Shown: positions 37,504-48,615, counted from the stretch's first letter. The stretch is DNA of 64,000 nucleotides from Candidatus Bathyarchaeota archaeon (GCA_963833575.1 CAWHXY010000004.1:128001-192000); one strand, 5' to 3'. The notes: generated by a model from the sequence alone, not told the origin. Numbers and translations: made by a program.

Positions 37504-37743
37504 ATGGTTCATAGAAGAGTGCGAGGCGGACACTACAAGATTAAACACGTTGACAAGCCATGCCCCGTCGAGTTGGGAAACGAATTATTAGTGAACATCA
37601 CTGACATATGTCCAAATGGCGATGGAATGACAAAAATTCAGGGCTATATAATAATGGTGCCAAAAGCCAAGCCAAGAGATTGCGTAAAAATTAAAGTGAT
37701 ACAAGTCGGCGAAAAAGCTGCAATTGGCGAAATAATCATATAA
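37504..37743 (+). CDS. Single TRAM-domain protein (putative RNA chaperone)
   Basis: PVE.G....V.I.D....GDG..KI.GY.I.VP.A...D.VKIKV..VG...A.GE. Confidence 0.85.
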   Translation: MVHRRVRGGHYKIKHVDKPCPVELGNELLVNITDICPNGDGMTKIQGYIIMVPKAKPRDCVKIKVIQVGEKAAIGEIII

Positions 37744-37902
37744 TTCTTTCTAGCTTGTCAGACATTAAAATTCAATTTTGACGAAAACTTTGATCGAATA
37801 CGAAAAGTAGTTGCGCTTTGTTACTTCCACGCCCAGGCGAGATAGGACTAAGTTTTATTTATTTAAAAAAATAAAAGACAGCATGATGGAGAAGTATAGG
37901 TT

Positions 37903-38250
37903 ATGATTTACAAAAAAGAAAATGCGGTTAACATTGAGAAAAATGGCGTAAGAATGAGGATATACAACGGAAGGGAACAGTGTCCTCAAGCTGCAGTAGC
38001 TTATCAGGAAACCGAAACTGGCCATTGCGAGGAATTTCTGCATAAAAAAAGCTTCTTTATCTTCTACATCATTGAGGGCAAGGGAACGTGGTTTATTGAG
38101 GATAAACAGTATGATGTTGAGGAAGGAGACTCAATTATTATTCCGCCTAATACAAGGTTTTATTATAAAGGGAACTTGAAGCAGGTGTGTGTGACTTCGC
38201 CTGCATGGGAACCAGAACACGAGCAACATACAAGAGACATGCGCTTCTAA
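37903..38250 (+). CDS. Cupin-domain protein
   Basis: H.EEF.H, FYIIEG.G, GD..IIPP. Confidence 0.8.
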   Translation: MIYKKENAVNIEKNGVRMRIYNGREQCPQAAVAYQETETGHCEEFLHKKSFFIFYIIEGKGTWFIEDKQYDVEEGDSIIIPPNTRFYYKGNLKQVCVTSPAWEPEHEQHTRDMRF

Positions 38251-38372
38251 CACAAATCAAGACCATCTATGAGCGCCGATAAATGCCGGTTCACATAGGC
38301 GAGTCCTTGTTTAGACCACTTAGTCTTTTATATATCCAAAAAATAGTGGCTAGCTAAAACAAGCCAAAGAAG

Positions 38373-39728
38373 GTGTCATTATCGAATTACATTACGGTTG
38401 CTGCTGTGGCTATCTTTGCAGTGACGCTTTTCTTGATGATTAGGCGTCCGCGGGGTTTGCGGCTGGGTTATGCGGCTGGAATCGGCGCAGCAGCTTCGCT
38501 TTTACTTGGGACGGTTAGTTTGGGGCAGGCTGTGCAGTCTTTTTTGAATATTTGGGATGCAGCACTTGCGTTTCTTGGAATCGTGGCGTTGTCGGTTACG
38601 TTAGATGCTATGGGCTTTTTTAAATGGGCTGCATTGCGTGTGGTGAAGTTGGCTGGAGGCAGCGGTTTACAGCTTTACTTCTACATCGCCTTGTTAACGG
38701 CGGCGGTGAGTATTCTTTTTGCAAATGACAGCGCAGTTTTAATCTTAACCCCGATTGTTTTGGAAGTTGTCACTTGCTTAGGCATAGGTGGAAAAAGCAG
38801 GCTTGCCTACCTTTTCACTGCAGGCTTAATCGCAGATACTGCAGCAATGCCGCTAATAACAAGCAACCCCATCAACATCTTAAGCGCCGACTTTTTCAAA
38901 TACAGCTTCATCGACCACTTGATCTTTATGGGTCCAGTCGCCGTTGTAGTTCTCTTAAGCAGCTTATTGTTGATTTATCTCTTTTTCCGAAAACAAATAC
39001 CCAAAACCTACGACACCAAAGCTGCAGAGGCTTTAACCAAAGGCAAACCAGCAATTTCCCCCAGTTTATTGAAAATAATTGTAGCAACGCTCATGGCGAT
39101 CGATGTAGGATACATTTTAACTTCCTTGAATAGATTCCCAGTTTCAATTATAATATGCAGTGGCGAAGCGTTTCTAGTGGTGGTTTACTGGTTTACGTTG
39201 AAGCATAATGGTTCCGTTAACGGTCAGAAGAAAGGACTGATGGGTTTGGCAAGAGAAATCAATTGGGATATCATATTGTTCATGCTTAGCATCTTCTTGG
39301 TGGTTCAAGGGTTAGAAACTGCAGGCGTCACAAACCTATTAGCATCCGCGCTCGTAGCAACAAGCAAATTTCCATCTTTGCTAGGAGTTTTTGCACCAAG
39401 CATGGTTGTGACGGTTGGAGCAAGTTTCATGAATAATTGGCCAATGACGATTCTGGGTTTGCTAAGCATCAAGCAAGCGGCAGTTGCGGGAACAACATTA
39501 ACAAAATTGATTTTCAGCAACATAATAGGAAACAATTTGGGACCTCACTTTTTCCCGCTTGGGTCATTGGCGATTTTGATGTGGATGGAAATGATGAGGC
39601 GCAAAGGCGTCAACCTTAGCCTAAAAGAATACCTCAAAGTGGGCGCAGTACTTTCTATCGCACAAGTTGCCATCGCATCCTCTGTATTGTGGATCGAATT
39701 AAGCACGGGCTTTCACCTATTACTATGA
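38373..39728 (+). CDS. arsB: ArsB/NhaD-family anion permease (arsenical pump-like)
   Basis: LDAMGFFKWAA, FAND.A.LILTPIV, IADTA..PL..SN..NI, MNN.P, IG.NLGP...P.GSLA.L.W. Confidence 0.82.
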   Translation: MSLSNYITVAAVAIFAVTLFLMIRRPRGLRLGYAAGIGAAASLLLGTVSLGQAVQSFLNIWDAALAFLGIVALSVTLDAMGFFKWAALRVVKLAGGSGLQLYFYIALLTAAVSILFANDSAVLILTPIVLEVVTCLGIGGKSRLAYLFTAGLIADTAAMPLITSNPINILSADFFKYSFIDHLIFMGPVAVVVLLSSLLLIYLFFRKQIPKTYDTKAAEALTKGKPAISPSLLKIIVATLMAIDVGYILTSLNRFPVSIIICSGEAFLVVVYWFTLKHNGSVNGQKKGLMGLAREINWDIILFMLSIFLVVQGLETAGVTNLLASALVATSKFPSLLGVFAPSMVVTVGASFMNNWPMTILGLLSIKQAAVAGTTLTKLIFSNIIGNNLGPHFFPLGSLAILMWMEMMRRKGVNLSLKEYLKVGAVLSIAQVAIASSVLWIELSTGFHLLL

Positions 39729-39751
39729 CGACGACAGATTTCTTCTCATGC

Positions 39752-40000
39752 TTATTTTTGAAAGGCCTTTAGAATTTTTCTTTTGTCTAAGTAGCTAACG
39801 AGAATCACTGCTAAGAATACAAGTAAAATTGCAGCCAGGATAGTCGAGAAAACCGCGAGGAATATATCGATATATATTCTTAAAAATACGTACCCGTAAA
39901 AATTACTTGCTGAACCAAAAACAAAAAAAGATTCTAAAGCCAACAGTCCCATAACTGCTAAGCGATCTTTCGTCTTTTGATTCAGCGGCTTTATCTTAAT
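39752..40000 (-). CDS. Small 2-TM membrane protein (possible ATT start at 40000; first ATG at 39952)
   Basis: Two hydrophobic helices and a basic tail; in-frame basic extension IKIKPLNQKTKDRLAV after AAGGAG. Confidence 0.5.
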   Translation of the reverse strand: MKIKPLNQKTKDRLAVMGLLALESFFVFGSASNFYGYVFLRIYIDIFLAVFSTILAAILLVFLAVILVSYLDKRKILKAFQK

Positions 40001-40386
40001 TCGCTCCTTGGATAATTTGTTTTACATTAGGTTGATATTCTTTTTTACAATTTGAAAGAGATATCTTTTGAGGCTCAAATCTTTCGATTGAGAGCATATT
40101 TTAGCACCCAAAGTTTAGCATTATATAGGAAACTGGAGTTTTAAAATTTTGTCTCCCAAAGAAGATGGAAGTCAGGTGCAGTGTGAATGTCACTTCACAG
40201 TCACACACAACTTTAAGACTTTTCTGCAATTCAATCATTATTGAAGGCAACAAATAATATGAAAGATACATTGACTTCTTGGGCAAAGAAAGTGTTCTTG
40301 AGTTTAACAAGGAAGCTGTTTTGGTATCTTAAGTGGATGTAAAAAGCTTACTTTGATGAACTAAGCAGGTTTGATCACTATATTTC

Positions 40387-41436
40387 TTAAGTAACTGTTA
40401 ATTTACTGATTATTTGCCTGTATACACCGAGGGCTTCTTGTTCGCTGGCGACGTTTTTTATTAGCATGCGTCCACCGTTAAACAGGCTGACCTCGTAGCT
40501 CTTGTAATTGAACATGAGTGCCAAACGTGATTTCAAACGTATTTTGAATTGCTTGTTTAGGTTAGGGTATATTTCGTCCAGGTTCAGTTGCAACGGTTTT
40601 TCTGGGTTAATGTTTGCTGTGTCTCGTCCGCATAGCCAAACGAGGCTTTCTCCGCCCGAAATGCCCGATAAGTCGCCGTGGCAGACGGGGCACCGGGAGC
40701 TTTTGGATATGTCTATGATTGTGAAGTCCATGTCGCTAAAGTCACAGATCAGCAGTTTGCCCTTCAAAGTGTGCCCCACTCCAGCTAAAAGTTTTATGGT
40801 TTCCATAGCCTGCAATGAACCGATAATTCCTGGAGTAGCCCCGACTACGCCGCGGGTAGCGCATGTTAGCAAGTCGTTGTCGGAAAGGTTAGGCATCAAA
40901 CATTCCAAACATCCAGTTTCAGGAGGCAAAAAAACGGAGAGGTTACCTTCTATCCCGATGGCTGCGCCAAACACGTAGGGGATTTTTAGTTTTACGCAGA
41001 TACGGTTAACGAGGTAGCGAGTCACCATATTATCTAAACCGTCAACAACACAGTCTACGCCGCTCAAAAGTCGCTCGACGTTGCCCGCGTTCACATTTTC
41101 GGTGAATGCTTCGGTTTGTATAAGCGGATTAAGTTCTTGCAGACGTTTTGCGGCGATTTCTGCTTTAGGATAATGCAAATCAGCGCTGGTATAAATGATT
41201 TGGCGGTGAAGATTCTGCACTTCAACGGTGTCCTGGTCAATTAAGCGAATGTAACCAACACCTGCTAAAGCAAGATAAAGCGAAGAAACCGCACCCAAAC
41301 CACCAGTCCCGACAACCGCCACTCTGGATTTAACCAAGCGCAGTTGCCCTTTTTCGCCTAGTTCTTTCATTGTGATTTGGCGACTGTAGAATTCTTTGGC
41401 GAACGCTTTCTTTTCTGCCGCATCCAAACTGATCAT
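40387..41436 (-). CDS. ThiF/MoeB (E1-like) adenylyltransferase with C-terminal extension
   Basis: YSRQ, VVGTGGLG, D.D.VE..NLHRQ, DGLDN, CLEC, TC...GV, CPVC, LCGR. Confidence 0.9.
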   Translation of the reverse strand: MISLDAAEKKAFAKEFYSRQITMKELGEKGQLRLVKSRVAVVGTGGLGAVSSLYLALAGVGYIRLIDQDTVEVQNLHRQIIYTSADLHYPKAEIAAKRLQELNPLIQTEAFTENVNAGNVERLLSGVDCVVDGLDNMVTRYLVNRICVKLKIPYVFGAAIGIEGNLSVFLPPETGCLECLMPNLSDNDLLTCATRGVVGATPGIIGSLQAMETIKLLAGVGHTLKGKLLICDFSDMDFTIIDISKSSRCPVCHGDLSGISGGESLVWLCGRDTANINPEKPLQLNLDEIYPNLNKQFKIRLKSRLALMFNYKSYEVSLFNGGRMLIKNVASEQEALGVYRQIISKLTVT

Positions 41437-42085
41437 TCTCCAGTGTTGTGTTGATAATCAGTATTATATTTGCTTTTTACCCCATCATTGGCTTATGAAA
41501 ATGGTTTTTTGCTATTTTCTGCAAAACGAGTAAAGACTGTTTCTGTGGCGTTATGGATCGCTGGGTATTCCCTTTTGTTCTTGAAATCTTTTTTTTTAAA
41601 TCATATAATACTGCGATGACCAGAATTGGAGGGCTATCATCCAAAAATCCGCTAAAGGCAAGAAATCACGGTAAATCGGTACCCAAACTGAAACCAAATC
41701 ATAAATAACAAAGCAACTTACTAACCAAAATTATGGCGGTTCCTACTAACAATGCGTCAAGTTTTTTCACTAGATGGTGACGATCAACAGTGCTTTCTTC
41801 GTAAACGCGGTCTTATTAAAATCCATAACCGATTCAGTTTCTCCGAAATTCAACATTGGAAGTGACCACTTAGTTTTCTTTCCAGAAAATAAATGTTTTT
41901 TCTTTTTACACACATTTCATGAGAGGTTTTGCAGGGAGTGGAACGATGTGCGTTGAAAACGATTATTTGTCCATTGTCGTATTGTATAACCAAGCAACCA
42001 AGCGCTGAGAATTTTTAGATACTTTTAATTAATGGATTGAAGATAACAGTTTCCGTTCAATAAAGTTTTAGGAAAGGAGAAAAAA

Positions 42086-44941
42086 ATGCAAAACTCAAAA
42101 AATAAAATGGTAATTATTTCGATTGCAATATTCCTAATGTTTTCAATGACAGCTTCAATGATGCTGCAGCCAAATGTTAATGCACACAGTCCTGCGTGGA
42201 CTATTACAGATCATGCTTACATTGCCCTTGCGCCTAACCCAATTGGGGTTGGCCAAACCATGGTTATTACTATTTGGACTGCTCAACCACTTGCAAATTC
42301 ACAGGTCACCAACAACATAAGAAAAGAAAACTACACCCTCACGATCACGGCACCTGACGGCACAAAAACCACACAAAGCTGGGCCGTAGTTGACAACACG
42401 GGCGGAGAACAAAGCACTACCTTCATACCGTCACAAGTTGGCAATTACACTGCAACATTCAATTTTGGAGGAATGACCTACCCATCACTATCACAAGTAA
42501 CTTCAACTATTGCTCTCACCGCAGCAAATAACGCTTCAATTAACGCTTATGCTGGAGACATTTTTACACCTGGAAGTGCAACCACAACATTCACCGTACA
42601 GCAACAACCATTACCTCAAACAGTCTATCCACTACCAACCAGCTACTGGGCGCGCCCAATAGAGGGTGAAAACATCTATTGGTACACAATTGGCTCAAAC
42701 TGGCTCGGTCCGTCATCTGCCCAACTTGGCTCAACCAATGAACCAGGTTACAACTGTTTCCAACCAGACGGCACAGCACCCAACAGCGGACACATACTAT
42801 GGACAAAACCCATTGAATTCGGCGGCGTCGTCGGCGGAAGCAACACAGTTGTCCCAGGAGCAACCTACTATTCAGGAAGCTCATACCAACCAAGATTCTA
42901 CAACGCAATAATCATGAACGGATACCTATACTTCAAAATGCCACTTAGCGATCAAGGCGGAATTACCACATTCACAAGCCCAACCGGTGCACTCATATCT
43001 GCCTATGGCGGAGCATACGTCTGCCTAGACTTACGCACTGGACAAACAGTTTGGACCAACAATAATGCAATATTCAACCCAACATGGGGACAACTATACA
43101 ATGAAATCGACCCTAACCAATCAGGCATCATCCCAAGCGGCTACCTTTGGCAAGCATTTACCTTAGCTAATGCAGTAACAAATGCACAAGGCAGCACAAC
43201 TCAAATGGCCAACGTAACATGGATAGCTTATGATGGATTCACTGGAAACTGGGTATACAACATAACCAACGTACCACAAACCATGAGCATTTATGGTCCA
43301 GGGGGCGCAATACAGCAAACACAAACAATAATGGCAGCTTATGATCAAGGCGGAGCATTAGATAGATACGTGTTAAACTATAATACAGCCACTCAAACTG
43401 GTTGGCTAGCACTATGGAACACTTCTCAGTTAGTTGTCAATCCTAACTCAGTAGGCAGTCCATACAGACCAGTAGGCAGATCAATCGACGGAAGCGTCCC
43501 AGGCGCATATAGCTGGAACGTAACAATAAACGCCAATTTGAACGGTCTTGTCATCAATTCAACCGCTCCTACGGGAGTTTCAACAGGTGCACCCACAATC
43601 AACGGAGTTATTATCGGTGATGTAATGTTTGGAACAAGCAGCGGCTTAACAGAATCCGTAGGACCACAGTACACACCAAACCCATTCACAATGTGGGCAA
43701 TAAATCTCAATGCATCCAGAGGCGCAGTAGGTTCAGCCTTATGGGTAAAAACCTATGCAGCACCAGACTTAATGACCAACAACAATAACTTAGGCAGCTA
43801 CACGCAAAGAGTCGTCGCAGTCGATCCAACAACACGCGTAGTCACAATGATGATCGGAGAAACCATGGAATGGCTAGGCTACAGTTTAGACACAGGAGCA
43901 CTCCTATGGGGCCCAACAACCACACAGTTCCCCGACGGCTATCAATATTTCGGCAGCGGACTAGGCATTGGACAAAACGCTATTGACGCATACGGCAAAA
44001 TCTATGTCCAGGGCTACGGTGGAGAAATTTGGTGTTATGATACATCAAATGGAAACCTGCTCTGGCAATATGGTAACGGTGGCGAAGGCAACAGCACTAA
44101 CGACGGAATTAATTCACCTTGGGGACTTTTACCCACTATGGTAACTGCAGTTGCAGATGGAAAAGTATACGGATACACTACCCAACATGGAAACGGCGCT
44201 CAATCACCATACTACGTAAACGAAATGGAATTCTGCCTTAACGCTACAACAGGACAGGAAATTTGGAACATGCTAGGTCAAAGTCCTAACGATGGAGGCC
44301 CAGGATACCCAGAAAACATTGTAGCAGACGGCACAATGGTCTACCAAAACATGTATGACAACCAAATCTATGCAGTCGCCCAAGGACCCAGCCAAACAAC
44401 AGTTAACGCACCTAACCCAGTTACAACCGTAGGCACACCAGTCGTAATCAGAGGAACAGTAATGGACATATCCGCAGGCACAAAACAAAACCAGCAAGCA
44501 GCACTCTTTCCAAGCGGTGTACCAGCAGTTTCCGATGTAAGCCAAAGCCAATGGATGGAATACGTCTACATGCAAAAGCCATTCCCAACCAACGCAACCG
44601 GAGTTCCAGTTGTCTTAAGTGTAATTGACTCAAATGGCAACCAAAGACAAATCGGCACAACCACAAGCGACACAAGCGGCATGTACACATTAACATGGAC
44701 ACCAGACATAGCAGGCAACTACACAGTCATCGCCAACTTTGCAGGCACAAAATCATACTACCCATCAAGCGCAGAAACATCATTCTATGCATCATCTGCC
44801 CCAGCACCAACAGCAACCCCGCAACCAGTAGCAGCACAAGCACCAGTCGGAATGTACATCACACTAGCAGTAGTCGCCATAATCATTGCAATAGCCATAG
44901 GCTTCGCAGTAACCATCATAACGCTCAAAAAAAGACCATAA
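42086..44941 (+). CDS. Large secreted PQQ-like beta-propeller cell-surface glycoprotein with C-terminal TM anchor
   Basis: Signal peptide, PNP.GVGQ, P..YW.RPI, H.LWTKP, CLDLRTG..VW, YD...G.LLW, CLNATTG..IW, GVPAVSD.S...WMEY.YMQ, A/P linker, TM, KKRP; many N-X-S/T sequons. Confidence 0.85.
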   Translation: MQNSKNKMVIISIAIFLMFSMTASMMLQPNVNAHSPAWTITDHAYIALAPNPIGVGQTMVITIWTAQPLANSQVTNNIRKENYTLTITAPDGTKTTQSWAVVDNTGGEQSTTFIPSQVGNYTATFNFGGMTYPSLSQVTSTIALTAANNASINAYAGDIFTPGSATTTFTVQQQPLPQTVYPLPTSYWARPIEGENIYWYTIGSNWLGPSSAQLGSTNEPGYNCFQPDGTAPNSGHILWTKPIEFGGVVGGSNTVVPGATYYSGSSYQPRFYNAIIMNGYLYFKMPLSDQGGITTFTSPTGALISAYGGAYVCLDLRTGQTVWTNNNAIFNPTWGQLYNEIDPNQSGIIPSGYLWQAFTLANAVTNAQGSTTQMANVTWIAYDGFTGNWVYNITNVPQTMSIYGPGGAIQQTQTIMAAYDQGGALDRYVLNYNTATQTGWLALWNTSQLVVNPNSVGSPYRPVGRSIDGSVPGAYSWNVTINANLNGLVINSTAPTGVSTGAPTINGVIIGDVMFGTSSGLTESVGPQYTPNPFTMWAINLNASRGAVGSALWVKTYAAPDLMTNNNNLGSYTQRVVAVDPTTRVVTMMIGETMEWLGYSLDTGALLWGPTTTQFPDGYQYFGSGLGIGQNAIDAYGKIYVQGYGGEIWCYDTSNGNLLWQYGNGGEGNSTNDGINSPWGLLPTMVTAVADGKVYGYTTQHGNGAQSPYYVNEMEFCLNATTGQEIWNMLGQSPNDGGPGYPENIVADGTMVYQNMYDNQIYAVAQGPSQTTVNAPNPVTTVGTPVVIRGTVMDISAGTKQNQQAALFPSGVPAVSDVSQSQWMEYVYMQKPFPTNATGVPVVLSVIDSNGNQRQIGTTTSDTSGMYTLTWTPDIAGNYTVIANFAGTKSYYPSSAETSFYASSAPAPTATPQPVAAQAPVGMYITLAVVAIIIAIAIGFAVTIITLKKRP

Positions 44942-44962
44942 ACTAAAGCACACAAAAACAAC

Positions 44963-44992
44963 TATCTTTTTCTTTTTTTTAGTTCTATTTTT
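44963..44992 (+). terminator. Oligo-T terminator after the surface protein gene
   Basis: tatctttttctttttttagttctatttttc. Confidence 0.5.
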
Positions 44993-45178
44993 CAGCTCTG
45001 CTATTTTGATTTCTCCTTTTGAAAAGCCTTAACATCTTTTTGTAAACGATTAATAGTGGCTAAAGTTGTAGCTATCATAATTGAAGGCAAAACGATCCTT
45101 GTTGAGTTGTGGAATTGAAGGAGTTGTTGGTACGGGTGGAGTTTATATAAAAAAATGTAATTATTTGGCATTTTGGGG

Positions 45179-45982
45179 TTAGAAGAGTTCGTCGGTTGCG
45201 TAGGTGGGCTTATTGCATGTGGGGCATTTCTCGTCTGTTGTCTGGATGCGGTTTCCGCAGTGTGGGCAGGCGTGGTTCTTTTTGTTTGCATGTAGACCTT
45301 GCAGCTCTTTGACTATTTTTCCGTCTTTGAGAAGAAGCATTCGTTCAGTATTTCGCGCAGCTTGACTATCATGCGTAACCATAATTATAGTTGTGCCTTG
45401 AGTGACGTTGAGGTTTGCGAGCAATTTTATTATTCCATTCTTGTTTTGGCTATCTAAGTTTCCTGTAGGTTCATCAGCAAGAATTATAGCAGGATCGTTT
45501 GCTAAGGCTCGGGCAATTGCTACTCTTTGCTGCTCTCCAGCGCTGAGGCGTTGTGGCCTATGTTCTTCTCTACCTGAAAGATCAACCATAGCTAGTAGTT
45601 CACTTGCGCGTTTCTTTTGTTCGGCCTTTGATTTGCCTCGTCCTTCCATGGGTAATTCGACATTTTCTCTAGCATTTAGGTATGGCAGCAGATTGAAGGT
45701 TTGGAACACAAAGCCCATCTTGTCTCTTCTAATCTTGTAGAGCTGGTTTTCTGGGAGCTCTGTGGCATCAATGCCGTCTAGCAGAAGTTTACCTTTAGTT
45801 GGTTTATCAATGCAACCAATAACATTTAGCAATGTAGTTTTGCCTGAACCTGAGGGACCCATGATAGAGACAAACTCGCCTGCGTTTACAGTGAGATTCA
45901 GATTTGCCAAGGCTGGAACTTCGCGTTTGCCAAGAGTGTAGGTTTTGCCCAGGTTTTCTAGTTGCAATACTGGTTTACTCAT
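45179..45982 (-). CDS. LolD/MacB-type ABC ATPase with C-terminal Zn ribbon
   Basis: GPSGSGKTT, GFVFQ.FNL, LSAGEQQRVAIARAL, ADEPTGNLD, VTHD; tail CPHCG...CPTC. Confidence 0.92.
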   Translation of the reverse strand: MSKPVLQLENLGKTYTLGKREVPALANLNLTVNAGEFVSIMGPSGSGKTTLLNVIGCIDKPTKGKLLLDGIDATELPENQLYKIRRDKMGFVFQTFNLLPYLNARENVELPMEGRGKSKAEQKKRASELLAMVDLSGREEHRPQRLSAGEQQRVAIARALANDPAIILADEPTGNLDSQNKNGIIKLLANLNVTQGTTIIMVTHDSQAARNTERMLLLKDGKIVKELQGLHANKKNHACPHCGNRIQTTDEKCPTCNKPTYATDELF

Positions 45983-47470
45983 ATTTCATCGCCTCTGCTG
46001 GTCTTATTTTTGCTGCTCTCCATGCAGGATACAAACTGCCTAACGTCCCAAGCAAGACAGCAATGCCGAAACCCAGAAGTACGAGCTCAGGAGTCAACGT
46101 TGCCACTGCTAATGCGCCGAATCTGGTGGTGCCTGCAAGCGCGGGACCAGCTGCTCCGACCGTTGACCTAACGCCTACGCTTGGAAGCAGAAGTGATGTA
46201 ATTGTGGGTGCTGCGATACTCCCTACTGCAATACCAACCGCGCCTGCAATAACGCTTAGGAACACGCCTTCAAGCATAAATTGGCTCATCACTGTAGAAT
46301 TGCTAAAGCCTATTGCTTTGAGCGTACCGATCTCTTTAGTTCTCTCCTTAACAGTATATAACATGACAAATAGCACTATCAGACTTGTTGCTGCAACCAC
46401 TACGATGATTTCTTCGATTGCAGTTGAATATGTTTGATTATTAGCTGTTTGGGCACTTGCCAATTCTGTACTGTAAGTTGATTGCAATGTTTGAAGCTGA
46501 CTTAAACGAGTTTGATCAGTAGTAACGGTAAGCTCTGGATGCAACGAACTTATGGAGGTAGCTACCTGCGAAACGACACCGCTGCTTTGGGCAAAAACTG
46601 CGAGGCTTGTTATGTATCCAGTATTGTTAGTTATTGTTTGAGCGTCGGATAGATTCATGAATAATGTTTGCGTGGTCGAAACTGAGGATGGACTATAGAT
46701 GCCCACCACTGTAAAGGTTTGATTCAAAATGGTGACTGTGTCGCCTACTCCTGCTTTGAAGTAAGCTGAGTTGTTTTCGCTAAGCAAGACAACTCCGCTG
46801 TCTCCTGCTTCTAAGTTGCGTCCAGCTGTTATGTTTGTTGCCAACACAGGATAGTTGTTTATCAAATCAGAAGTTAACGGGATGCCTTCAATAGTGTATT
46901 GAACATCTAGACGTGTGATGTTTTGTGTGTATCCGTTAAATGACAAGCTTGCGTTACATTTTGTCCTTCAGATGCTTGAAGTATAGGTTCAACGGCTGCG
47001 ATTCCAGAAATAGTGGTATTGATGTCAGTGTATAGGCTCTCGTTCATGGGGCTTGATTCGCCACCATTAAATGCACTACCGCCAAATTGACCTGGTGTAC
47101 CGCCGCCTCCAAACTGGGGAGGTGTACCGCCGCTACTTGATGTACTGCTACCGGTTTGAGGAGGCACACTGCCGCCACTGCTAGATGTGCTACCACTCGA
47201 CGTGGTACTAGGCGGGGTAAAACCGAAACCTGAAAAGCTCGATGCAAGATTGCAATCTATTTGTGTTGATGTCTGGTTAATTGATGCGCTGGTTTGACTA
47301 ATAACATTACTCAAGTTTGATTCTGCCGCGGTTGATGCCTGTTGATTAGCCATAACGCCTGCAGGAATTGAAATCATGATTGCCATGGAAAAACCCAATG
47401 CGATAATTACTAGTAATGCACGAATTTTCCTTCTGGAAATATTTTTTACTGCTCTACTTACGATTCCCAT
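45975..47470 (-). pseudogene. MacB/FtsX-family ABC permease split by a single-base frameshift near 46947 (pseudogene or sequence error)
   Basis: 47470-46907 encodes the N-terminal A.KNI.RRK.R, TM and extracellular part; 46946-45975 encodes the rest (GRNL, VGD, VVGI, ERTKEIGTLKAIG, YPAWRAA..P.EA); junction CAA GC TTG. Confidence 0.8.
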
Positions 47471-47627
47471 ATTTCATACCTTTTTCCTAATATCTTCATT
47501 TATCAGAAGACTATCAAAAAGAGAACTGAAATGACTTTATTTTTGTTAGCCATTGATCTTATGGCCCATATTTTCGTTTTCTGTTCTCTTTTTGGTGCCT
47601 TTCTCTTCATTTCGCTTAGGAGCGATA

Positions 47628-47688
47628 AAACAATTTTTCAAAATTCCATCCACATCTAATCCACATCTGTACCAAACAAAGACCAAAT
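47628..47688 (-). promoter_or_regulatory. Promoter with five 11-bp-phased ATTTGG-like boxes ending in ATTTTGAAAAAT, then a weak TATA
   Basis: Minus-strand hexamers ATTTGG, GTTTGG, ATGTGG, ATGTGG, ATTTTG with left ends at 47683, 47672, 47661, 47650, 47639. Confidence 0.65.
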
Positions 47689-47844
47689 CTCATTCATTCC
47701 TTACCTTGCTTACCGATTTTCTGCCGACAATCGTTCCGGACCCAAAGCGAGCCAAAGATCTTTGTGCTAAAGAATTATCAAAATCATTTGGGTAATTGCT
47801 TAAATTAAGAATTAGCATATTTTCTTCAGTTGAGACGGGCTTGA

Positions 47845-48153
47845 ATGGCTGTTAATGTGCGCCAATTCAAATATCTACTCGGATGGCTGATCGCGGGATC
47901 AAAAGGCGGTCCGATGCGAGCCAAAATGGTTGAAATCTTAAAAGATACTCCGCAAAACGCAAATCAGCTAGCTACTCTGCTTGAAGTTGATTACAAAACT
48001 ATACGGCATCACGTTGAAATTCTTGAAAAGAACAACATGATTACAGCAGGAGGAACTGGAGCAGGATATGGAACTACATACTTTCTGTCACCTGCGTTAG
48101 AGGAGAATTACGCATTGTTTGAAGATATTAGGAAGAGAATGTGGAAAAAGTAG
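47845..48153 (+). CDS. ArsR-like winged-helix transcriptional regulator
   Basis: WLIAG.KGG..R..., P.NANQLA..L..DYKT.RHH...L, YG..YF.S. Confidence 0.88.
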   Translation: MAVNVRQFKYLLGWLIAGSKGGPMRAKMVEILKDTPQNANQLATLLEVDYKTIRHHVEILEKNNMITAGGTGAGYGTTYFLSPALEENYALFEDIRKRMWKK

Positions 48154-48171
48154 AAAAGAGGGAAAGACAAA

Positions 48172-48615
48172 ATGGAGAAACGTATGAGCAAAAATTTGAA
48201 AATAGTATTAATCACAGTCATCTTGATATTAGTGGCTTTGGCTGCAGCCCTTTTGGCTACCTACGCGTTTAGTCAACCATTTAACCCTTTAAGACCAATT
48301 CCGCCTCCACCAGCCGGTAACCCTGGCGACCTTCAGGTATTTTACATGTCAGAAGCAGTAGTTTCCACCCTCAACATGATGCTGCTTGTTCTACTTCTCG
48401 TTACAAGCGCCGACATATTTAGGAAAACAAGATCCAAATTCACCTTTGGACTACTAATTCTGGCAGCAGCTTTCCTTGTTAACGTCACGATATCCAATCC
48501 CTTAGTGATTTGGGCGTTCGGTTACCACCAAATAGGTCTAGGTCCATTCGCGTTGTTGCCGGACTTATTCGAGTTAGTAGTTTTGTGCGTACTGTTGTAC
48601 CTCAGCTTCGAATAA
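48172..48615 (+). CDS. Membrane protein (about 4 TM) co-oriented with the regulator
   Basis: Hydrophobic helices, F.K.RS.FT.GL, GPF..LPDLF; 18 bp after the regulator stop. Confidence 0.75.
   Translation: MEKRMSKNLKIVLITVILILVALAAALLATYAFSQPFNPLRPIPPPPAGNPGDLQVFYMSEAVVSTLNMMLLVLLLVTSADIFRKTRSKFTFGLLILAAAFLVNVTISNPLVIWAFGYHQIGLGPFALLPDLFELVVLCVLLYLSFE

Noticed and set aside
41437-42085. 650-bp intergenic region and the 60-aa ORF 41774-41956
   Set aside because: No convincing coding signal or RNA fold. Two CCAAA boxes 11 bp apart (41683, 41694) resemble the phased motif but are too few to call.
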